DNA of 64,000 bases from the human T2T-CHM13v2.0 reference genome, Homo sapiens. Where the stretch lies: the NCBI RefSeq assembly GCF_009914755.1, contig NC_060944.1; one strand, 5' to 3'. The translations under genes and the position numbers were made by a program. The notes beneath the pieces are model-generated. The model saw only the letters and a program-made list of their open reading frames with translations. It made no database searches and was not told the DNA's origin. Positions 30,590 through 44,730 of this stretch are shown piece after piece; within the stretch, counting starts at the first letter, position 1, and each line of letters opens with the position of its first letter.

Positions 30590-31220
30590 TTTTGAAAGTA
30601 GACTTTAGTTTTTGGAGCAGTTTTAGGTTCACAGAAAAACTGAGCAGAAAACACAGAGTTCTGATATACCAACTGTACCCATAAATGTACACCTTCCCTC
30701 ACCATCAATATCCTGCACCAAAGTGAAACACTTGTTAAAATCAATTAAACCTACATTCACACATCATTACCCAAAGTCCATACTTTAGAGTTCATTCAGA
30801 GTGTTGTACATTCTATGGGTTTGGACCAGTGGATAATGACATCTAACCACCATTATGGTGTAATACATAATAGTTTCATGAATCTAAAATCTTCTATTCT
30901 CTGCCTTTTCATTCCTGCAGGCTCTCTGACCCCTTGGCAACCACTCATCTTTTCACTATGTCCGTAGTTTTGCCTTTTCCAAAATGTCACATAGTTCTAA
31001 TCATGCAGAATGCAGCCTTTTCAGATTGCCTTTTCTCACATGGTAATTTGTATTCAAGATTATTTCATGTATTTTTGTGGATTGATAGCTCATTTCTTTT
31101 CAGCACTGAAAAATATTCCATCGTCTAGTTGTGTCAGTTTATTTATCTATCCGTCTACTGAAGAAAATCATGATTGCTTCCAAGTTTTGGTAATTCTGAA
31201 TAAAGTTGCTATAAACATTC
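30590..31220 (-). mobile_element. L1MC-type 3' end
   Basis: GAGCAGTTTTAGGTTCACAGAAAAACTGAGCAGAAA...TGTTGTACATTCTATGGGTTTGGAC. Confidence 0.8.
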
Positions 31221-31554
31221 TTGTATCCTGCAAACTTTCTGAATTCATTTATTATTTCTAATAATTTTTAATAGACCATGTAGTTATGTAAAAGATCATG
31301 TCACATATTTTTCCTCTTCTCTATTGTATTTAATTCTGCTATAATCTTATTTCCTTCTTTCTGCTTGCTTTGGGCTTAGTTTGCTCTTTTTTTTTCTAGT
31401 TTCTTTCTTTTTTTTTTTTGGACTGAACCATATTGTATTCACCAACAATAAATGAGAGCTCCTGTTGCCACACACCCTTGCCAGCATTTAGTATATCAGT
31501 TTTTTGGACTTCAGTCATTCTAATGGGTGTGTAGTGGTATCTCATTGTTGTTGT

Positions 31555-33760
31555 TTTTTAATTTTTATTTTATTTCCACAGGTCATTAGGGAACAGGTGG
31601 CGTTTGGTTACATAAGTTCTTTAGTGGTGATTTGTGAGATTTTGGTGCACCCATCACCTGAGCAGCATAAATTGCACCCTATTTGTGTGTAGTCTTTTAT
31701 TCCTCACCCCCTTCCCATCCCTTCCCTCTGATACCCCAAAGTCCGTGGTGTCATTCTTATGCCTTTGCATCCTCACATCTTAGCTCCCACTTATGAGTGA
31801 GAACATATGATGTTTGGTTTTTCATTCCTGAGTTACTCCACTTAGAATAATAGTCTCCAATTTCATCTAGGTTACTGCAAATGCCATTAATTCATCCCTT
31901 CTTATAGCTGAGTAGTATTCCATTGTATGTATGTATATATATATATATATATACCACAGTTTCTTTATCCACTCATTGATTCGTGGGCATTTGGGTTGAT
32001 TCCAAATTTTTGCAATTGCAAATTGCACTGCTATAAACATGCATGGACAAGTATATTTTTCATATAATGACTTATTTTCCTCTAGGTAGATACCCAGTAG
32101 TGGGATTGCTGGATCAAATAGTAGTTCTACTTTTAGTTCTTTAAGGAATCTCCACACTGTTTTTTATAGTAGTTGTACTAGTTTATATTCCCACCAGCAG
32201 TGTAGAAATGTTCCATGTTCACTGCATCCATGTCAACATCTACTATTTTTTTATCTTTTGATTATGGCCATTCTTGCAGGAGTAAGATGGTATCACATAG
32301 TGGTTTTGATTTGCATTTCCCTGATCACTAGTGATGTTGAGCATTTTTTCATATGTTTGTTGGCCATTTGTGTATCTTCTTTAAAGAATTGTCTATTCAT
32401 GTCCTCAGCCCACTTTTTGATGGGATTGTTTGTTTGTTTTTCTTGTTGATTTATTCGAGTTTATTGTAGACATTGGATATTAGTCATTTGTCAGATGTAT
32501 AGATTGTGAAGACTTTTTCCCACTCTGTGGGTTGTCTGTTTACTCTGCTCACTGTTCCTTTTGCCATGCAAAAGCTCTTTAGTTTACTTAAGTCCCATCG
32601 ATTTATCTTTGTTTTTATTGCAGTTGCTTTTGGGTTCTTGGTCATAAAATCCTGGCCTAAGCCAATGTCTAGAAGGGATTTTTCCAATGTTATCTTCTAG
32701 AATTTTTATAGTTTCAGGTATTAGATTTAAGTCCTTAATCCATCTTGAGCTGATTTTTAAGGTGAGAGATGACGATCCAGCTTCATTCTTCTACATGTGG
32801 CTAGTCAATTATCCCAGCACCATTTGTTTAAAAGGGTGTCCTTTCTCCACTTTATATTTTCATTGATTTGTTGAAGATCTGTTCACTGTAAGTATTTGAG
32901 TTTATTTCTGAGTTCTCTATTCTGTTCCATTGGTCTATCTGCCTATTTTTATACCAGTACCATGCTGTTTTGGTGACGATGGCCTTTTAAGTATAGTTTG
33001 AAATCAGGTAGTTGATGCCTCCAAATCTGTTCTTTTCGCTTAGTCTTGCTTTGGCTATGCAGGCTCTTTTTTGGCTCCATATACATTTTGGAATTGTTTT
33101 TTCTAATTCTGTGAAGAATGATGGTGGCATTTCGATGGGAATTGCACTGAATTTGTAGATTGCTTTTGGCAGTATGGTCAATTTCATAATACTTATTCTA
33201 CCCATCCATGAGCATGGAGTGTGTTTCCATTTGTTCATGTCATCTGTGATTTCTTTCAACAGTGTTTTGTAGTTTTCCTTGTAGAGGTCTTTTACTTCCT
33301 TTGTTAGGTATATTCCTAATTATTATTTTTTTGCAGCTATTGTAAACAGGGTTGAGTTCTTGATTTGATTCTCAGCTTGGTCGCTGTTGGTGTATAGAGG
33401 AGCTACTAATTTGTGTACATTAATTTTGTATCTGGAAACTTTGCTGATTTTTAAAAAATCAGTTCTAGGAACTTTTTGGAGGAATCTTTATAGTTTTCCA
33501 AGTAACAATCATATCATCAGCAAACAGTGGCAGTTTGACTTTCTCTTTACTGATTTGGATGCCTTTTATATCTTTCTCTTATCTGATTGCTCTGGCTAGG
33601 ACTTTCAGTACTATGTTGAAGAGGAGTGGTGAGAGTGGACATCCTTGTCTTGTTCCAGTTCTCGGAGGGAATGCTCTCAATTTTTCCTCATTCAGTATTA
33701 TGTTGGCTGTGTGTTTGTCATACACGGCTTTTATTATATTGAAATATGTCTCTTGTTTGC
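31555..33760 (-). mobile_element. L1PB1-like 3' 2.2 kb (ORF2 C-terminus and 3'UTR)
   Basis: ORF2 remnants [40 protein letters not shown] and [17 protein letters not shown]; L1PB 3'UTR. Confidence 0.92.
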
Positions 33761-33999
33761 TAACTTCCCTTGTAATTACTTCTAGACCTATTTTTATTTA
33801 GAAGTATGTTTTTAAATTTCCATGTATTTGTAAATTTCCATGTATTTGTAAATTTCTCAGGCTTTTGCTTTTATGTCTTTCTAATTTAACTGTATTGTGG
33901 CCAGAAAAGTTTAATTTTATCCCAGGTCTCCATATACCTAATTTTTTGTCTAAATTTTCCTCAAAGTTCTTGCTGAGGTTCTGTAGTTTAGATCAATCT

Positions 34000-34750
34000 G
34001 TGATTTTATTGTCTCAGCTATTAAGCCTATTATTACTATAATCATATCCAGTCTTCACTGAACCATAAGTAGTCACAAAATATATTTCCTCTTTCTATTC
34101 TGTTCACTATTCAATCCACTGGTAAATCATAATTCAATTTTTCTTTCTGAACAGGGCAATCAGCTTCCGTATTTCAGTCCTAAAATGTATCAATAGCTCT
34201 TCACAGCCCTAACCAAATACTCTGGCATTCAATGATTTTTAACAATATGGACCCCAGCTTCACTTTGTGCTGTATTATATATTCTTTCTCTTCACACAAT
34301 TTCCACTGGAGTGGAGCTGGATCCCTCTTTGTCTTTCTAATATACTTAAGATTCATTAGTTTTCTTCCCAATAAATGGTCCTCCTGCTTATGAATCCTTG
34401 TCTATGTCTTCCCTTCCTGCTGATATGGGTTTCTCCCTCCATCTTTTAAGGTTTAAATTTCATTATTCTCCAAGACCAATGCAAGACCCATTACTATGGG
34501 TTCTTATTCGATTACCATCCAACATCTCCTCATTCTTTTGAAGTTTTATGGCATTTATTTTTCTGTTGCCATTACTATTTTCTTTCACTAATTTTCCAAG
34601 TGTGGACATAGCATCTTCTCATCTAGATCGTGAACTGTAGATGCAAAGGTGGCGGAAACTTCATTTGTACTTGTTATTGAGAAGATACTGAATGTACATA
34701 CATTTCTTAATGCTTATATCTATTCAACAGGTAGTCATTAAATATCAACA
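34000..34750 (+). mobile_element. L2 3' fragment
   Basis: Pyrimidine-rich L2 motifs CTGGCATTCAATGATTTTTAACAATATGGACCCCAG and CTAGATCGTGAACT; ends TAGTCATTAAATAT. Confidence 0.55.
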
Positions 34751-34879
34751 ATCTATGAGGTTACCCACTAATGAAAAATATCTTGACTAATATTCTCCAA
34801 GTGTTTTGATTTGTGGAACTATTGCTCCAAGTTTATTTTTAATATATTTTTTCTTAACAATTTCGCTGAAGTATAACAA

Positions 34880-35222
34880 ATGAAATTCAAAATCTAATCC
34901 CATTTACAGCAGCATCAAAAATAAAAATAAAAAATATTGGGACAAACCCAAATAAGGAAGTAGGAGATTTGTACACTGAAAACTATAAAACATTGGATGG
35001 AAGAAATTTTAAAAGACACAAAATGGAAAATAATCTGTGTTCATGGACTAGAAGGCTTACTATTATTAAAACGTTCACACTACCCAAAACAATTTACAAA
35101 TTCAGTGATATCCCCAACAAAATTTCAGTAGTATTTTTGAGAAATGTAAAAATGAATTATAAAATTTTATAGAAATGTAAAAGACCAAAAATAACAAAAA
35201 TGATCTTAAGGAAGAAGAAAAA
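34880..35222 (+). mobile_element. L1M ORF2 fragment
   Basis: ORF 34969-35172 YTENYKTL...CSWTRRLTIIKTFTLPKTIYKF. Confidence 0.8.
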
Positions 35223-35524
35223 ACAAAGCTTCTTGTACCTTTCAACAATATTATTTAATTTTTAATTTTTTAAATTTGTGCTCATTCATAGTGTACATGG
35301 GAAAGTTTTACATGTATATAATGCATAGTGATCAAGTCAGGGTATTTAGGGAGTTCATCGCCTGAATACAATATATATTTTTTAGTACAGTCATCTTACT
35401 CTGCTATCAAACATTGAATGTATTTCTTCTATCTTACTGTGTGTTTATATCCTTTAACTCACTTCTGTCTACCTTCCCTCATTCCCCACTTACCCTTCCC
35501 ATTCTGTTATCTATTTTTCCACTC

Positions 35525-35543
35525 TGTGTGTGTGTGTGTGTGC

Positions 35544-35595
<52 letters not shown>
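35525..35595 (+). repeat. (TG)n(TA)n compound microsatellite
   Basis: Directly visible. Confidence 0.97.
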
Positions 35596-35597
<2 letters not shown>

Positions 35598-38500
35598 AAT
35601 TGTGTGTATATATACACAATAGATATATATATAATTCATATATACATTATAAATGGAATTGCTCTTTCTATATATGTATATGCAGATAGATATATAGATA
35701 TATCACATATCACATTTTCTCTATATATTCATCTATTAATGGACACTAAGATTGATTCCAAATTTTGCAATTGTGAATAGTACTGCAATAAACATTCAAG
35801 TATATCTTTGATAAACATTCAAGTATATCTTTTACTTCAAAGTATATCTTTGATGTATTGATTTATTTGCCTTTGGGTAGATACCCACTAGTGGGACTGC
35901 TGGATTGAACGGTAATTTTTAGTCTTCTGGGAAATCTTCATACTGTTTGCAATAGTGGCTATATTTTTTTATATTCTCACTAACAGTGTATAGTAGTTAC
36001 CTTTTCTCTGCATCCTTACCAACATCTGGGTTTTTTTTGTTTTGTCTTTTTAATATGAACCATTCTGACTGGAGTAAGATGTTTATCTCATTGTAGTTTT
36101 AATTTGCATTTCTCTGAAGATTAGTGGTGTTAAGCGTTGTTGTGTCACTGTCAGCCATTTTTAAGTCTTTTGAGAAATGTCTATTCATCTCCTTTGCCCA
36201 CTTTTTAATGGGATTATTTGTGTGTGTGTTTTTTTCCTGTTGAGTTGTTTGAATTCCTTGTATATTCTGGATATTGGTTTATTGAAGGATGAATAATTTG
36301 CAAATATTTTCTTCCATTCAGCAGGTTGTCTCTTCACTCTGTTGAATTTCTTCCTGCTGTACAGAAGCTTTTAAGGCCCGTTTATTTGTTGTTTCTCTTG
36401 CACTAAATTTATTGCCTAGACCAATACCCAGAAGAGTATTCTGCAGATTTTCTTCTATTAGTGTTATAATTTCAGGTCTTATGATTAAGTCTTTAATCCA
36501 CTTTGAGCTGATTTTTTATATGATAGAGACAAGGGTCCAGTTTTATTCTTCAGCATGTGGCTGTACAATTTTCCCAGCACCCTATATTGAAAAAAGGTGT
36601 CCTTTCTCCAAGGTAAATTCTTGTTGGTTTTGTCAAAAATCAGTTGACTGTAAATGTGTGGTTTATTTCTGGGTCTCTATTCCATTCCATTGGTCTATGT
36701 GTCAATTTTTGTAGCAATACTAAGCTATTTTGGTGACTGTAGCCTTGTAATATATGTTGAAGCAGTAATGTGATTCCTACAGCATTGTCCTTTTTCCTCA
36801 GGATTGCTTTGGCTATTCAGGCTCCTTTTTGATTCCTTATGAATTTTAGGAATTTTTTTCTATTTCTGTGAAGAATGACACTGGTATTTTGATATAGAAT
36901 GCATTAAATTTGTATATTGTTTTGTGCAATATGGTCATTTAAATGATAGTAATTCTTCCTGTTCATGAGCATGGGTTGTTTTTCCATTTCTATGTGTCCT
37001 CTTCAATTTCTTTCATCAGTGTTTTGTAGTTTTTTGCTCTAACTAGGACTTCCAGTATTATTGAGTAGGAGTGCTAAAAGTCTGCATTCTTATCTTCTTT
37101 TCTGTTCTTAGAGGAAGAGTTTTCAACTTTTTCCATTCATAGTGATGTTAGCTGTGGGTTTGTAATGTATGGACTTTATTATTTTGAGATATGTTCCTTC
37201 TATGCCTAGTCTGTTGAGAGTTTTATCATGAAGTGATGTTTAATTTTAGCAAATGTTTTTTCTGCATCTATTGAGATGATCATATTTTTTCTCCTTCATT
37301 GTGTTTATGTGATGTATGATTTCAAATTTATTAATTTGCATATGTAGAATCATCCTTGTATTTCTATTATAAATTCTAGCTGATCGTGGTACATAATCTT
37401 TATGATGTGCTGTTTGATTCTATTTGCTAGTATTTTGTTGCTGGTATTTTGCATTTTTGTCCATCAGGGAGATGGGCCCGTAGTTTTCTTTCGTTGTTGT
37501 GATCTTGCTTGTTTTGGTATAGGGTAATGCTAGCCTCATAGAGTGAGTTAGGGATAATTCTCCTATTTTTGATTTTTTGGAATAGCTTCAAGAGGATTTG
37601 TATTAGTTCTTCTTTGCATGTTTTGTAGAATTCAGCTATGAATCCATCTAGTCTTGGGCTTTTCTTTGTTGGGAGACATTTTATGATTGATTATATCTTG
37701 CTGTTAATTATTGGTCTGTTCAGATTTTCTATTTCTTCCTGATTCAATCTTGGTGGGTGATATGTGTCCAGGAATTTGTCCATTTCCTCAAGGCTTTCCA
37801 GTTTGTCATTGTATAGTTATTCATAACAGTCTCTGATGATTTTTTGTATTTCTGTGGTATCAGTTGTAATATCTCCATTTTCATTTCTCATTTTATTTGA
37901 GTATTCTCTCTTCTTGGTGGTCTACCTAGCAGTTTATCAATTTTGTTTATCATTTAGGAGAACCAATTTTTCATTTAATTGATCCTTTGTATTATGTTTC
38001 AGTCTGTACATCATTTAGTTCTCCTCTGACCTTTATTGTTTCTTTCATCTGTTAACTTGTGGTATAGTTTGTTCTTGCTTTTCTAGTTCCTTGAGGTGTA
38101 TTGTTACTGTTAATTTGTAATCTTTCTACTTTTTTGATACAGACATTGATTGCTAAACTTCCCTATTAGCACTACTTTTGCTGTAATTTCACAGGTATTG
38201 GCATGCTGTGTTTTCATTTTTATTTGTTTCAAATAAAACAATTTTTTGATTACTGTCTTAATTTGTTGATCCAATGATTATTTATGAACATGTTTTTTAA
38301 TTTCCATTTTTTATAGTTTCCAGAATTCCTCTTGATATTGGTTACTCGTTTTATTCCATTGTCACTTAAGAAGATACTTGATATGATTTTGACATTTTAA
38401 AACATGCTTAGACTTGTTTTGTGGCCTAACATATGGTTTGTCCTATAGAATGTTTCATATGTTGATGAAAAGAAGGTATATTTTGCAGTTGTTGGATAGA

Positions 38501-39354
38501 ATATTCTGTAAATGTCTGTTAAATCCACTTGATCTAAATTTCAGCTTGGGAATGACTTTCTCCTTCATTTGTGACGAGTAATTTTGCTGACTGTGATGTC
38601 CTTTTTTTTTTCCTTGACTGTGATGTTCTTGGGTGGCAGTGTTTTTTTGTTTGTTTGTTCTTTCAGCACTTTAAATATATTGTTTCATTCTCTTCTTGCC
38701 TGCAAGGTTTCTGCTGAGAAATTCACTGTTAGTCTGATGGAGTTTCCTTTATAGGTGATTCAATGCTTTTCTCTTGCTGGTTTTAGGGTTTGCTCTTTAA
38801 CTTTTAATTGAAACAGTCTGATTATAATGTGACATGGGGAAGAACTTTTTGCTCTGTATCTCCCTGGGGATTATTGAGTTTTCTGTATTAAATGCCTAAA
38901 TCTCTTTCTAGGCTTGGGAAGTTTTTACCTATTATTTTGTTTTTTAGATTTCTAATCTTTTCTTTTTTTTCTTTGCCCTTAAGTGTACTGATAATTTATG
39001 AATTTGTCCACCTTATGCTGTCTCAAATGTCATGAAGCCTTTGCTCACTTGTTTTCTCTTTATTTTTGTCAGACTGTAGATTATTTAAAAAGGCCTGTCT
39101 TCAGTTCTGAGATTCTTTCTTCTGTGTGATCTAGTATAATGTTGAAGCTTCCAAATGTATTTCTTATTTCCTTCAATTAATTCTTCAGTTCCAGAACTTC
39201 TATTTCGTTCTTTTTTAAAATGTCCATCTGTTTGGTAAATTTCTTATCTGTATCCTGAATTGTTCTTTTTAATTTCTTTGTGTAATTTTTCAAAATTGTC
39301 TTGTATCTCACTGAACTTCTTTAAAGTCAATATTTTAGGTTCTTTCTTTAATCT

Positions 39355-39500
39355 GTTTTTTTTTAGAGACAGAGTCTCAATCTGTCACCCAGGCTGGAAA
39401 GCAGTGGTGCCAATATAGCTCACTGCAGCTTCAAATTCCTGGATCAAACAATCGTCTCACCTCAGCTTTCCAAGGGACTGCAGGCCACTGCACCCAGACA
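39355..39500 (-). mobile_element. Alu monomer or deleted AluJ (FLAM/FRAM-like)
   Basis: AGAGACAGAGTCTCAATCTGTCACCCAGGCTGG...ATAGCTCACTGCAGC...CCACTGCACCCAG. Confidence 0.8.
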
Positions 39501-39959
39501 AAATGAATATTTTGAATTTTGTACTTGAAATTTCAAAAACTCCTTTTTGACTAAGATCCTTTGCTGGAGAATTATTGTTCCTTTGGAGATGTTGTATTTT
39601 ATTGGAAACTTTTTCATGTTTCCTGTGTCCTTATGTTGTTATCTGTGCATCTAGTATAACAATCACTTATTCCCATTTTTGAATTTGTTTTCATAGGGGA
39701 GGACTTTTTCAGGAAAATGTGTTTGTTCAGTAGGGTACTTTAGTTTTGTCTCTGGGAGAAAACAGTAGTGTAGTCTCTGTATGGTTGCTTTGCTGTAAAC
39801 AGTGTTATTGGTATCTGAATTCTTCAGGAGTTTAGGCTGCATTCAATAGTGGAGGTTGTGATGAATAACTGGAATAAATCCCATGACTCATGGCATATAA
39901 TTATTTTCATATATCATTAGATTCAATTTCCCAATATTTTGTTAGAAATTTTTGCATCT

Positions 39960-40268
<309 letters not shown>

Positions 40269-40285
40269 CTATGCTTATGATACAT

Positions 40286-40288
<3 letters not shown>

Positions 40289-40320
<32 letters not shown>
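40289..40320 (+). repeat. (GT)16 microsatellite
   Basis: Directly visible. Confidence 0.97.
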
Positions 40321-40322
<2 letters not shown>

Positions 40323-40590
40323 CCTTGTAATGTCTTTGCCTGATTTTGGTATTAGAGTGATGCTGGCCTCCTGAAATAAATTACGAAGTATCTCCTTTAC
40401 TTCAATTTTCTGCAAGAGATTATAGAGAGTTGCTAAACTCTCTTCCTTAAATATGTGATAAATTTCACCTGTAAACTCAGCATGACTTGACATTTTCTTT
40501 TTTGGAAAACTGTTAATTATTAATTCAATTTTTATATATATATGTATTCATGTTATCTATTTCCTTTTGTGTACGTTTTGGTAAATTATG

Positions 40591-40794
40591 GGTTTTTTTG
40601 TTTTGTTTTGTTTTGTTTTCTTTTGTTTTGTTTGAGACGGAGTCTGTCCCTGTCACCCAGGCTGGAGTGCAATGGCACAATCTCGGCTCACTGCAACTCT
40701 GCCTCCTGGATTCAAACAATTCTCCTGTCTCAGCCTCCTGAGTAGCTGGGATTATAGGCACCCACCACCACACCCAGCTAATTTTTGTGTGTAC

Positions 40795-40831
<37 letters not shown>

Positions 40832-40855
40832 TACACACACACACATATGTACACA

Positions 40856-40907
<52 letters not shown>

Positions 40908-41036
40908 CTTTTTTTTTTAGTAGAGACGGGGTTTCACTATGTTGGCCAGGCTGGTCTCAAACTCCTGACCTCGTGATCCACCCGCCTTGGCCTCTCAAAG
41001 TGCTGGGATTACAAGTGTCAGCCACCGAGCTCGGCC
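40591..41036 (-). mobile_element. AluS with a ~120-bp microsatellite in its central linker
   Basis: Both arms present; TSD TAAATTATG at 40582-40590 and 41038-41046; (TTTTG)n tail. Confidence 0.92.
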
Positions 41037-41242
41037 ATAAATTATGTTTTTTAAGCAATAGTTTCATTTCATTTAGGTTATCAAATTAGTAGGCATGAAG
41101 ATTTTACTCTTTTTATGTCCATGGGATCAGTGGTGATGAACTCTATTTCATTTCTTATATCAGTAATTTGTATCGTCTCTATTTTTTTCTTCATTATACC
41201 AGCTAGAGGTCTATTAATTGTATTGATCTTTTCAAATAATGA

Positions 41243-41641
<399 letters not shown>

Positions 41642-42399
41642 GCTTGCTTCATTTTTAAATTGCTTTTTTTTTAGTTTCCTAAGTTGCAAACGTAGGTTAT
41701 TCATTTTAGATTTTTTTCTTTTCTCACATATTCATTCAATACTATAAATTTTCCTCACAGCACTGTTTTCACTGTATGCCACAAGTTATGATAAGAGGTA
41801 TTCTTATTTAGTTCAAAATATTTTAAAGTTTTCTTGAGATTTCTTCTTTGATCCATGTGTTATTTAGAAGTATGTTGTTTAATTTCTAAGTATTTTACAA
41901 TTTTCCAGCTGTATTTCTGTTATTGATTTTTAGTTTAATTCCATTGTGAGCTGAAAGCAAACTTTATACAATTTCCATCTTTAAATTTGTTGACTTGTGT
42001 TTATGGCCAGAATGTAGTCTATCTTGGTGAATGCTGTATGTGAACTTGATAAGAATATGTGTTATACTGTTAATGGGTAAAATATTCTATAAATACCTCT
42101 TATATATATTTATAAATATATAGTCTGTTATAATATATAGTAGCAGACAGTGATGATTATAATATACTATCATAAGAAACTTAGGTCAAGAAGGAAGATT
42201 CATGGGTCATATAGTTTTATTGAAGAAAGTATTAAGAAATCAAGCAATTGCACTTCTGCGTGAAGAATATTTTGGGATATTATAAAGGAACAAAGAGAAT
42301 ATACTTTACAAGGCCAGTGGCATTCAAAATAAGACTTAAAATACAATAGAAAATAACCAAGAAAGATTGGAGAGAAGATTGTTTCAGTCTTACAGGAGA

Positions 42400-43100
42400 G
42401 TGTCTGGGAAAGCTCTAAAACCATAGCAAGCATGGTAAAGTAAAGAAGGTGAAAGAGGTGAAAGGAGTTCCCTGAGACTGGGGTGGTGTAGGATATCAGT
42501 CAGGGTGTTGGGAAAAATTGTAGAAAGATGCAAACCTTTTTGGAAGGCCGGGAGGTTTTACAAAATCTTCGGAAAAGGATTTGGCTGAAGGCAGCCAGAT
42601 TCTATTATCAGGTGCCTGCAAACTTAGGTCAGATGGCAAGGAGATGTAAAGAAACTCATCTAGGTAATTTAGTTTACTCAGGCCTTGGAACCTGGCCTTT
42701 AATCGTCCTTGTGCAGGACTGCTCTTTTGGGAGGGTGGGGGGTGACCATGTTAATTACCTGCAAGTGTGTTGACTCAAGGCCTTTGTCATCAAATCTGTA
42801 CTGAATAAATGAGAGCGTGGCCGACCTGGCAGGATGGAGAAGGCAGTGGCTAGAAACAGGGTTAGGGAAGAAATCTGGAACTAAGTCATTCTATGTGTAA
42901 TGGAAAGCTGTTTATGGTTTTAAGTGTGGAAGTGATATGCTCTGGTTTAACTTTGAGTAGATAATTCTGGCTGCTGAAGAAAAAGTGGATTGGAGGTGAG
43001 GATACATGGGAGTGAATAGCTGAGCTATTGCATCAATAGTGCAAGGAACAGTTGTGGGGGTGGTGATCTGGACAGGGACAATGGCAGCAGTGACAGTAGA
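42400..43100 (-). mobile_element. L2 fragment split by LTR22
   Basis: GGTTTTAAGTGTGGAAGTGATATGCTCTGGTTT...AGATAATTCTGGCTGCTG...GAGCTATTGCATCAATAG. Confidence 0.6.
42487..42831 (+). mobile_element. LTR22 solo LTR (HERV-K HML-5), internally deleted
   Basis: TGTAGGATATCAGTCAGGGTGTTGGGAAAAATTGTAGAAAGATGCAAACC start, AATAAA, CA end; 6-bp flanks GGGTGG and GGATGG. Confidence 0.85.
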
Positions 43101-43146
43101 CTTCTCCATTATATCTTATTACCTTGAAACAGTTCTTCATGGCCTT

Positions 43147-43700
43147 TGCGGTAGTTTGTATTTTCCACAGATGGCTGCACCCACATGTCCCATGCTTCAG
43201 AGTCTTTCCAACGTGGCCTCATCCCTCCCTCATTAAGAGGTAGAGCCTACTTGTCCTTTCGTTAAATCTGGTTGGCCTTAGAGATGTGCTTGACAAACAG
43301 GTAACAGAAGCGATTTCTTGGACTTCCAAAGTTAGGTGATAAGAAGACTCCAGCTTGAGTCTCTTGGAATGCTTGCTTTTTGTGACACTCCCCCTCAGAA
43401 CCCATGCCATGCTGTAAGAACCCCAAGACAGGTGGAGGGTTTGCACTGGCACTGCTAGCGATAGTCCCAGCTGAAATCCTGACAGTCAGCAACAACTACC
43501 AGCCATGTGAGCTAGCCATCTTGAATGTTTAGTCCATATGTGTCTCTGTTGTCATGTGACTATACTGCATGAGAGACCCAGCAAAATACCTGTCCCACAG
43601 AACCCAGTTAACTCCCAGAACATGGAATGACAATAATCAATTATTATTTTAAGCCACGAAGACTTGGCATGCTTTGTTCCATGGCAACGAATAATCAAAA
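43147..43700 (+). mobile_element. MaLR LTR (MLT1G/H-like)
   Basis: CAGATGGCTGCA...CCAGCCATGTGAGCTAGCCATCTTG...TTTTAAGCCAC. Confidence 0.8.
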
Positions 43701-44549
43701 ATGCCTTTAACACTTGCCATGATCACATCTTACCCTTTCTATCCAAATGTACTCCTCACATTTCCTTGCTTCTTAATCTGTGGCAAATCAACCATAATTT
43801 GGCTTATTTTACCAAGTAATTCTTCTTATTGAAGTTTTAGTAGCAAAACACCAAAGGCTGTAGATTCCCCAAGGAAGCTCTTTTTTTGCCAATCACTAGA
43901 TAGAGAAACAAAACCTTCACTTCTGAAAACAACAATACTGAAAGAATTATATTTATTAATTATGTGTTTCTGGTGTACATCTTAATTCTCAGAATAAGGT
44001 ATTTGATTGCTTTATCTTGATTTACTTATACTTCTCATTATGAGGCAAGAGTCAGCTAAATTAAAAACACAAAAGTAAGTACAGGAAACCTCACTAGGAA
44101 TGAACTAAATTACGAAAATACTCCAAATATTTGAAGCTTAATATCCACAAGTTAGGCCAGTTTCTTTACTTACTTGATATTCCATCTAATACCATCAAAT
44201 TCCTCTCCAATTTGAGAGAAATGTTGACCTATATCTAATGCAATTATATACTCTTCATCTAGTTATATTCATCTAATTATATGATACCTAACATTATTGT
44301 CCAAATTCAATCCTCTTGTTGTTTTGTTGTTTTGTTAAATTGAAAACACATAAATTGTTCTGGAAAAGAGAGGTGTTTTAAAAATGTAAGCCCAAATTTG
44401 CATAACCAATTGAGGATTGAAGGAAACTCCGTAATCCGAGTAAGACATGCACACCCTACTTTATTAAGTTTCCAATCCCCACTTGCTGACCCTTCTTAAT
44501 TCCTTTTCCTGCTTTAATTATGTTAATAACTCTTACCACTACCAAATAT

Positions 44550-44730
44550 TTTATGTGTGTTATTTATTTTATATCAATTATTGTTTGTCTACCCAGCCTC
44601 CCTGTAACTGCAATGTAAACTCCATAAAGGCAGTATTTTGTCTGTTGCTATTATTGCTTTGTTCCTACTTCTTGAATGGTTTTAGACATATAGTGGGAAT
44701 CTAATAAATGACTGCTAAATAAATGAATAA
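44550..44730 (+). mobile_element. L2 3' end
   Basis: AATGTAAACTCCATAAAGGCAG...ACATATAGTGGGAATCTAATAAATGACTGCTAAATAAATGAAT. Confidence 0.65.

Larger units (their letters stand above)
35250..39860 (-). mobile_element. L1MA (MA5/6-like) large fragment with internal deletions at ~37035 and ~38545
   Basis: Continuous antisense 3'UTR, ORF2 and ORF1 landmarks, with jumps in consensus position at the two sites. Confidence 0.88.

Noticed and set aside
35414-35780. ORFs with CVCV/IYIY runs (also at 40525-41089)
   Set aside because: These are translations of dinucleotide microsatellites.
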